Positions 37,601 through 46,665 of a DNA stretch of 64,000 bases are shown here, in pieces (position 1 is the first letter of the stretch; each line of letters starts with the position of its first letter). Location of the stretch: NCBI GenBank assembly GCA_965287045.1, contig OZ336899.1:32984001-33048000 (forward strand), given 5' to 3'. Source of the DNA: Carcharhinus amblyrhynchos (Eukaryota). A program made the position numbers and the translations under genes. Under the pieces are notes generated by a model. It worked only from the letters and a program-made list of their open reading frames with translations. It was not told where the DNA came from and searched no databases.

Positions 37601-40600
37601 GTCCTCATAGACAACTGCGGAAAGATGCCGCACAGAAACCACCCTCATTGTTTTTGCAGCAGTAGCTGCCATATTACAATAATTGTTTAAAGATCCCTGG
37701 CTTTCCATTGCATTAGAGAATGAGTGAATGGGTAGATAGATTAAATGTGTGTAACTGACAGCTGGGTGAGGTGATGGGGTGGGAGGGAGGGATGGTAGTG
37801 TCAGGGGCAGTTGTCAGGTGATGGGGGCTTGTCAGATCATGTTGAGACAATGGGGTCAGGTAGGTAGTCAGGATTCAAGGGGGTCAAACAGTAAGTCAGG
37901 GGTGTGAGTTGTATAATTACCCAGGAGTTAGGCTAGGATTTTTCTGTCTAACATTTCCTTGGCAGTTAAGTTGTCAGAGTTGGAGACTTTTTCGGAGAGC
38001 TCTAGCAAGCAGGGGAATTGTCCATTGGAACTTTAAACTTCCCTGGCAATTCCCACTGAATCTATTCTGCAGGAACCAAAGAAGATCATGAAGATATGCC
38101 TGGTTTTTGGCAATCTGTAGACTGTAAGATCAGGGCCACATTTTGTAAGCACGACATTCAAATCAACATGCCTTGGGAAAAATAGGAAAGTGCTGATGAA
38201 GAGATCCTTGTTCATCAGTCTTTCACGTAAAATCTGCTGAACTTACTAAATTGAAATACACAAAAGAAAGATGGACAACTTTCTGGACTACGGTTCATAA
38301 CATATTTGAGCTAGATATTGGTGAAGCGTTTACTTGCTGGAAGTAACGTAACGTACTTGAACCTTCTGATAGCTGAGATCAGTGAAGAGTTTATTTTGCT
38401 GGGAGTGATGCAATAGAGCAGCTGCTATTTGTAATTATTTTTTCTCAACCTGTCAAATACGTAATCATTTTCTGTATTTAATGCAAATCTGTGCCTATGT
38501 TAAATTTGTCATTGTGGGTACAGATAAACAAAACCCATTAAGCAAACAAATTGAGTCATTTTGTTGTCTTGTAATTCACAGGTCAAAATAACTCGAAATA
38601 CTCCAATTCTCTTCCAATAAAGCCCAAAGTGTTGTTTGCTTTCCGTACCTGAATGCTAACTTTGTGTTCCTTGTACGAGTGTACTCAAGTGCCCCTCAAT
38701 ATCAGCATTTCCAAACCGTATAGAAATGTTCTGCTTTTCTAATCTTACGATCAAAGTGAATAATCTCTCACTTTCCCACATTATCCTCCACTTGCCACCT
38801 TGTGGTCAACTCAGTTAATCTGTCTATCTATCTTCGCAGCCTCCGTGTCCTCCTCACAACTTCACTTCTGGAACTAACCTAGCAGGTTAAAGATCAGCAA
38901 ATGTAACATAGCTGTTCAAGGAAGGGGGTCGGGGGGGGGACATCAGTTGTCAGAGACATTCTGGAATCTATTGTTAAACAACTCTTAACAACATGCTTAG
39001 AAAAGCATAATATGAGTAGTACATGTCAACATGATTTTACGAGAGGAAAATGTTGTTTGAAAAATTTATTGGTGTTTTTGAAAATGTAATTTGTAGGATA
39101 AAGGGGAACCAGTAGATGTAGGATACTTGGATTTCCAACAGGCATTCGATTGCTTGCTTAATGGGTTTGGTTTACCTGTATGCACAATGACAGATTTAAT
39201 ACAGGCGCAGATTTGAAATGAATAAAGAAAATAATTACAGATTTAACAGGTCGAGAAAAAATAAGCACAAACAGCTTAAATTCACACATGGCTTTGCATT
39301 TGTCAGCAAATCTAGATACAATACTCCTGGTCTTTTCGTCTCAGCTATTAATAGCGACTGCAAACAGTCAAGGCCCAATACTGATCTCCACTCGTCACAG
39401 CCTGCCAATTGAAGATATGCCATTCATCCTTACTCTTTGCTTCCTGCCCGTTAATCAGGCTAATATATTGCCCCAACTCCTTGAGCACTTATCTTGCATA
39501 GTGACCTTTTATGGAACCTAACTGAATGCTTGTTGGAAATCCAGGTGTCCTACATCTACTGGTTCCCCTTTATTTACCCTGCTAGTCACATTCTCAAAAC
39601 ATCAATAAAATTTTTCAAACATTTTCCTCTCGTAAATCACGTCGAAGTGTAGTACTCACACTATGCTTTTCTAAGTGTATTGTTAAAACATGTTGAATAA
39701 TAGATTCTAGCATATGTCTGACAACTTGTATTCCCCCTACTTTCTTGCATAGTTATATTTGCTAATTTTTAATCTGCTAGGATAATTCCAGAACCAAGGA
39801 ATTTTGGAAGACTAACAAACACACCCGTTTTCTCTGCAACTACCTTTTAGAACACCAGGACACATAGAATCATTGAATAGTTACAGCATAGGAGAGCACC
39901 ATTTGGCCTTCCATACTTGTGCTGGCTGTCTGAAGGAGTAATTCAGCTAGTGCCACCTCCCAATAGCCCAACATCATTGGCCATCTTGTCTGCTCTGCTG
40001 ATAGTAATTCCTTAATTTCTTATTAGCCCCTTAGGTTATCCTCCAGCTCTGGCATGTAACTTGTGTCTTCCACTGTGAAGATGGGCACAAAATATTTGTC
40101 CAATGCCATTGTATATCACACACACTTATAAAGGTCTTACAATGAGTTTTAATATTCCGGGCTTGTTTTCTCTCATTCTATTTTTTTGCTCTTTACTTTA
40201 TGGTGGCCCTTTTTGGTTTCTCAAACATTCCAAATCCTCAACTTTATCATTATTCTTTGTGAGATTAGAAGTCTCTCTTTTAAAATCTAATTCTATCCTT
40301 AAATGCCTTAGTAGACCAAGGATGGACCTTTCTAACTGAATTTTTGCTTTTCAGTGGAACATATTTTTGTTGAATTTTGAATTGTTTCTTTAAATGTTTC
40401 CCATTATTTATTTACCTCCATATCTTTTAGTCCATTTACCCAATCAACGTTTCACCATTTCCTGATTTTATTTTTCTATTGAAGCTTAGATGTAATACAA
40501 AGCCAGTTTAATATGTAGCACCAGGTACCAAATATAGAACAAAATAAACCCAAAACAAAATAAAAATAACCTTAAAGATTAAGTGAGAACAGTGTTGGCA

Positions 40601-43600
40601 TACTGTGCTGGAAACTTACCAAAGGAAAATGCAAGGTTATTTTCATCAGCTTCAACAGCACTCACCTAGGTAGCGTCCTACGTGCATCTGAATCAGAGGG
40701 AGGGGTAGATTGCTGTAGTACAGAGAATCTATTCAAACTGGTTGTCCGTGGCGATTCTGAAATAAAATATTGAGCTTTATCCACGCTTAATGTAGTGGCT
40801 TTCAAGAACTAACTTGCATTTACATGTCCCTCAATGCATAATCAGATGTTCCAAAGTGCTTCACATCCAGCAAGCGTAGCAGCCAACTTTAACATCAAAA
40901 TCCCAAAACAACAAACAAGATGATCAGTCCTTTTTTGATAGAATTGGTTGAGGGGAAAAACGTCGGCCAGGACACTTGGAAAATTTTAAGTTTTCCTTCA
41001 AACCGGCTATGGGATCTTGCATGCTTACTTGAGCAGGACCTACTTAAAACAGAAAAGGAGGCAGACCCAATCATGCAGCACTCCTACAGTACAGCACTGA
41101 AGTATCAGCCTAGATTGCATTCTTAAGCGCTGGAGTCAGCTTGGGAGGGAGGGGGAGTTCACTGCAACGAAATACAGGAAGACAAACAGTTTTGTCGAGT
41201 GAGTGGATAAATGGCAAATGAAATGCATCGTGAAGTGTAAGGAGGTTCATTTTGATAGGAAGAATAAAAAGATCACTAATCACTTGAAAGGTAAGAAATT
41301 AAACGGGGTAGAGCAGCAAAGATCTGTGAATACACACAGAAAAGTTCAATTTCCACCATCTCTATTGCTCTAAGAAACAATGTTTTGCACGTTAATTCAT
41401 GTCAATAAGCTCAAGAAGTTAAAACCAAAAATATATATTCTCTCTTTAAAAGGTCACCTTGATATGGTTGGTTGGTGATTTATGATTTTTTTACTGAAAA
41501 ATTAATTTAGGTTAACCTACATTCTTGTTGGTCAGATTGAGGTATTTCCAACACAATGAGATGATTAACCACAAGATTGTTTTCCAGTCAGTGAAATAGC
41601 AAACAGGAAATGAACGTTTCTCTGTGGTAGAGCAGAAAGCACAGGTGTGGGCCTGGGTTAAGGCCGCTTGCCTTTCAGTTAAATGAGGATGATTTGTTTT
41701 TAAATTAAAATATAAACACACAGTGTGAGGAAAAACTCAGCAGGTCTGGCAGCATCTGTGGAGACAGAAACAGAGTTAACGTAGAGGCCAATATGAAAGT
41801 AGAAATGTGATGAGTTTTATGTTGTAAGGTAGGGATGGGGAGGTGGGGGTGGGGAAGAAAGAGGTCAGATAGGACAAAAAGGAAGGTTAGGGATACGTTA
41901 GAGGACAGAAGAGACAAAATGACAAATATATTTTGGAACAAAAGGCAAAGGGAGTGGCAATGATTATAGAAAAGAAACAAACCATTGGTCCAAGTGTTAT
42001 GGTCAGAATAAAATACAGCTCTGTCTGAAAGCAAACCCGTGAGAATAACATACAGATTGGCACTTGGCAAAAAAATAATCCAACTGGAGGACAGAGTTAA
42101 TGATCTGAAGTTGCTGAACTCAACTTTGAGATCAGAAGGCTGTAGAGCACTTAATCAGAAGGTGAGCTGCTGTTCCTCCAGCCTGTGCTGAGCTTCACTG
42201 GAACATTGCTCAGGTCAAGGACAGAAACATGAGCATGGTAGCATTTACAAGAAACCAGAAAGCTGGAGTTGTGCTTGAGGACTGAGAGGTGGTGTTCCAC
42301 AAAGCAGTCAACTTATCCTGCGTTGAGTATCCACAATGCAGTGGGGATCACATTGTGATCAACAAATACATTACACCAAATTGAAAGTAGTACAAGTGCT
42401 GTTTCACCTGGAAGCAGTGTTTGGGGCCTCGGACAGTGAGGACAGAGGAGTTAAAAGGCTAGGTGTTGTACCTCCTACACTGGAAGGTGCCTGTGGAAAG
42501 GGGATGAGGAGTTAGATGACTGGACCTCTAAACTACTCAAAAAGAGTAGCAATCTATACAGATTATTTTCCTCTTTAATTTGATTTAGAGTTTGAAAGAT
42601 CAAGTTGGAAATAATTTCTTCCAACAGCCAATAAATTGTTTGCACTGTGAGTATAGGGCTGGAGAAGTAAAATAAATAACCTTGATATTCAAAGATATGT
42701 TTACAAATAATGTGAAAAATTCCACAAAGACATTAAACGAGCACCAATTCACTTACCAGATTCATTAGTTTTCACTCCTCCACTGCTGCCCTTACCCCAG
42801 CTACCTAATCGGCATCCTGGACCCAACTGAATTTTATCATCAGTGGCAGGCTAAGGAATAGAATAAAGCAAAAGAACACTTTCAAAATTTTGAGGTAAGA
42901 TGGTGTTGGTGATCACGCTGAACAGGCCAAAATACTTGCACGTTCGTCACTCCTCCTTTCTCTGCTTACGTGTAAAACACAATTCCTAAACCTATGAACT
43001 GTTCCACCACTACCGTGGAAACAGTTTCCACAATGCTGCTGCAAGCTCACAATAGTTGAGATTCTCAACCAAGACGGTTGTTCCTTCTAACACTGAAATA
43101 TCCACTGTCCCACTGCATGGCAGATTGACTTGGTGCAATAGTAAATGATACAGGCCAAGAAAGGTTCAAACATTGGTTTAATGCTAAGTAGATATCAACT
43201 GCAATAGCAGCAAGTTTGCTACAATTGCCCAGCGAGATGTAAAATGAAATAGTCTCAGTTCCTGCTTCTGATCCCTGCTGTGGGGTGGGCAGTGATGGGT
43301 GGGTTGGAGCTTAGCTGTAAAGGTTTACCAACATTCCTCTGGGCTCCTGAAATCCTTGCAACTGCACGCTTGTATGTGCCCACACTTCCAAGAAAATTGG
43401 AAGGGACAAAAATTCATCCAGATTGTGCAGTTATGGTTCCATCAATTCAAACTTTGTAACAGGAACCGCAAATTAATTAGCATATCCCATAACACAAGCC
43501 ATGCATTAATTAACAAATCCCTTAACAGGAACAGCAGCTAATTAGACCCCATAAGAGGAACAGTCTCATAGTAAACATGGACTTAATCCATGAGCCCATA

Positions 43601-46600
43601 CGTATTAATAATTACAACCTGGACCTCATTTTTGGTACGTCAAGTTTACAAATTTTAAAAAGATTGCGATGATGCATACAGACTTGGGTTCTCTCTGGGA
43701 CACGAGGCATTCTGCTTTGATCAACACAAACTCTCACTCAGTGTGAAAATCAACTGTCTTATAGCACGAGATGGTAATTACCTGACATACTCGTCAAGAG
43801 ATTTAGTTGCATCTGGGACAAAATTGATTAGCATAAATGATCACCAAGTGTGTTTTTCAAATTAATATCGTTCTTTTAGAAAATGATTGCACATAAGGTG
43901 GTAGATTATATTTTAAGGACCATATTGTAACAAAAAATGGAATTTACAGGCACAAATAATTTATTTAATTTGGTAGAAACCTATAGAGCTAGCTCATCAT
44001 TAACAAGCTTCTCAGAGTAGGGACTACATGCATTAACTTCCCAGCTAAAATCATTCACTGCTGTGTTGATTAAATCCTTCAAAGTAGATTGCTGAACATC
44101 CAGTTCAGAAAGGAACCAAAGGATTAGTTAGGCTAGTACAGGAAAGATGGCTAAATGGTTTGTGATATGATAGTCCCTGAGTTGATGGAAATGTGACACA
44201 AAGAAATTAACCATTGGAGCACTGGACACAAGGATGTACAGGCAATGTGAAGCCAGCTGATTTGCCATTGGAAAGCAGGAAGGAACATCCAGATTCTTTG
44301 CAAATGACCTCCTTCCGTGCTGTAACATTTCTATGTTTCTGCGTAACGGGTTGATGCCAAAATGAAAATAACTGTACTTGACCTACGAAGCACCAGGTGC
44401 GACAATCTATGTGGCGTTTCAATCCATATTCAATGTTGTTACGTGTTTTAAAATAAAAATCGCCCAACTCAAATGTGCAATACTTTGGCCTCTTCTCCAA
44501 TTCCCGCCAGTGACTTGAAGTTATCTGCACTTCAAAATCTCAATGCACTGGTGCTTATCAACATAGGCTTAAATTAGGATTATTTAAAAATAAAGGTTGA
44601 GATAAAAATATTTCTCTGCACAGTAGCAATCTGAATACAACAGGCAAAATTATGTAAATTCCTGAAGCACCCAACCAGCCTGAGGTGGTCAAGAGTACAT
44701 CATGTTCTTGTGATCGATCCCAAATTAATGCCAAAATCTGCACCATGATTAATCAGTGAATTAGTCATAATTGTTGAAGAATGTCAAGTTTCTTCACCCT
44801 TGGGATCAGGGATTGAATTAAGCTCTCATTGCTTAATTTTGAAAGGGTAAAATGTGAAATTGTTTAAATAGTTTCAGTGCAATTACCAACTGTAATTGCA
44901 AAAGGAAAGGCAAACTGACTGATAAGAGGAGTTAAGTGACTTCCATGAGAAAAATTCACACCAAGTTGCAGGGGTACACTCTGAGGATTTATTTGTTCAT
45001 GGGATTTGGGCATCGATGGAAACGTCAGTATTTATTGCCCATTTCGAATTGCCCAAAAAAGAGGTGGTGAGCCACCATCTTGAGCTGCTGCAGTCCATGT
45101 GGTGTTGATACACCTGAAGTGATGTTAGGGAGGGAGTTCCATGATTTAAGCATTTAATGTCTGTAGTAATAAAATAGTGCTCAATAGTGAGAGTGACAAC
45201 AAAAATGCTAATTCTCCAGCACTTGCATTCCTCACTGGAATAGTACAAAAAAATTTACCATCAAACACAAATTAAATCACCATGACTGCAGTTGACTTTA
45301 TTGGACTGACCTATCAGGTTTGGATCAAAACATATTTTTGGCCATGCTACATGTCATTTCATTTCTGTGTACTTTTCTGGGCATTAACCAGCAAAAGGCA
45401 GCACGTATTTGCTATCTCATCCTCTCCTTTTCCCCAGTCTATTAAATATCCAAGGCATTAAACTATTAATCTTATTCCTATAACTGTCAGAACAAATTTG
45501 AACCAGGAGGAGTAATCAGCTGGTCATCTAATAAGTTCACGCATGAAATACTTGGGCAAAATTAGACAGCCCCCGAAAACAGGGGCAGGGATTGCAACGT
45601 GCGATTAACCCATGACCGCTGGTTCTGCAACATTTTACACAGCCGATTAAAAAATTATTCAGCACCTAACTTGAAAGGCGGCCCTACTGGTTGCTGAATG
45701 AATGCTCAGTATGAGAGGTTGAGGCAGGGCATTAACTATTAGATTGATGTCAAAAGTGGCAATGCTCGCATCAAATCAGAATGTCGCAATCAGATATACT
45801 CTGCGTACTTCTGCTGCAAGCTCCCTGTGCTTGTGCTATTACCGACTGAGGGCAGTATAGAGCACAGCCAGCACCAAAAGTGTGCACTGTGCTGAGGATT
45901 CCATTTGGGAACAAAACCAGTGCCTAATAAACAGAGGTTATATAACTGAATCCTATGGTCATTCTGTTTCCATAAGACTCAGAACGTAGAGTTACAAAGT
46001 GGATTTCAAAGATTCCACAATTACAGTTGTCCAATTTTCACTGGAGGTGCTAAGGAGGTTCTTTTGCCTATTGAGATTGTGAAGCTCTTCAACGGGATGT
46101 GCTTTCTGTGATCCAACTTTCTTCATCCTTTTCCTATTTCTTTTTCTCAATTCTCTTTTCAGTTAGTCCTTAGTGATATAGATACTGGCTTTAGCTTTGT
46201 ATGTGATAACATCTCACGCATTGTTCTCTAGTGGTAACTATTTCCAGTTTATGTCCCATTTAGAAAAGTGGAAACAATCCTTCACTATTTATTCTCTTAG
46301 AACTTTTCACAATTTTAAGAACCCCAATTTTAAAAGCTTTGATTTAGATCCCTACTTAAATGTTCTTCTTCTTCAGTAACTACAACCTCTCACTGCTGAT
46401 AACATTCTACAGAATCTTGGGAACACCCTTTCCTTACTTGTAACATCCTTGATATAATGCAGTGCCCAGTATGACACCTAAAATTATAGCCTAACCAATG
46501 TCTTGTTCAATTCAACATCACTTCATAATCACTACAATCAGTACTCATATAAATGAAATTTCAGAATTCTGTTTAGCTCTTTTCTGGCCCTTTCTTCTGA

Positions 46601-46634
46601 TGAATGCATTAACATGCCTCGACAAACCTGCTTT

Positions 46635-46665
<31 letters not shown>

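Noticed and set aside
44463-44482. Minus-strand TATTGCACATT resembling the miR-32/92 5' end
   Set aside because: No complementary arm nearby to form a pre-miRNA hairpin; an 11-nt match to some miRNA is plausible by chance
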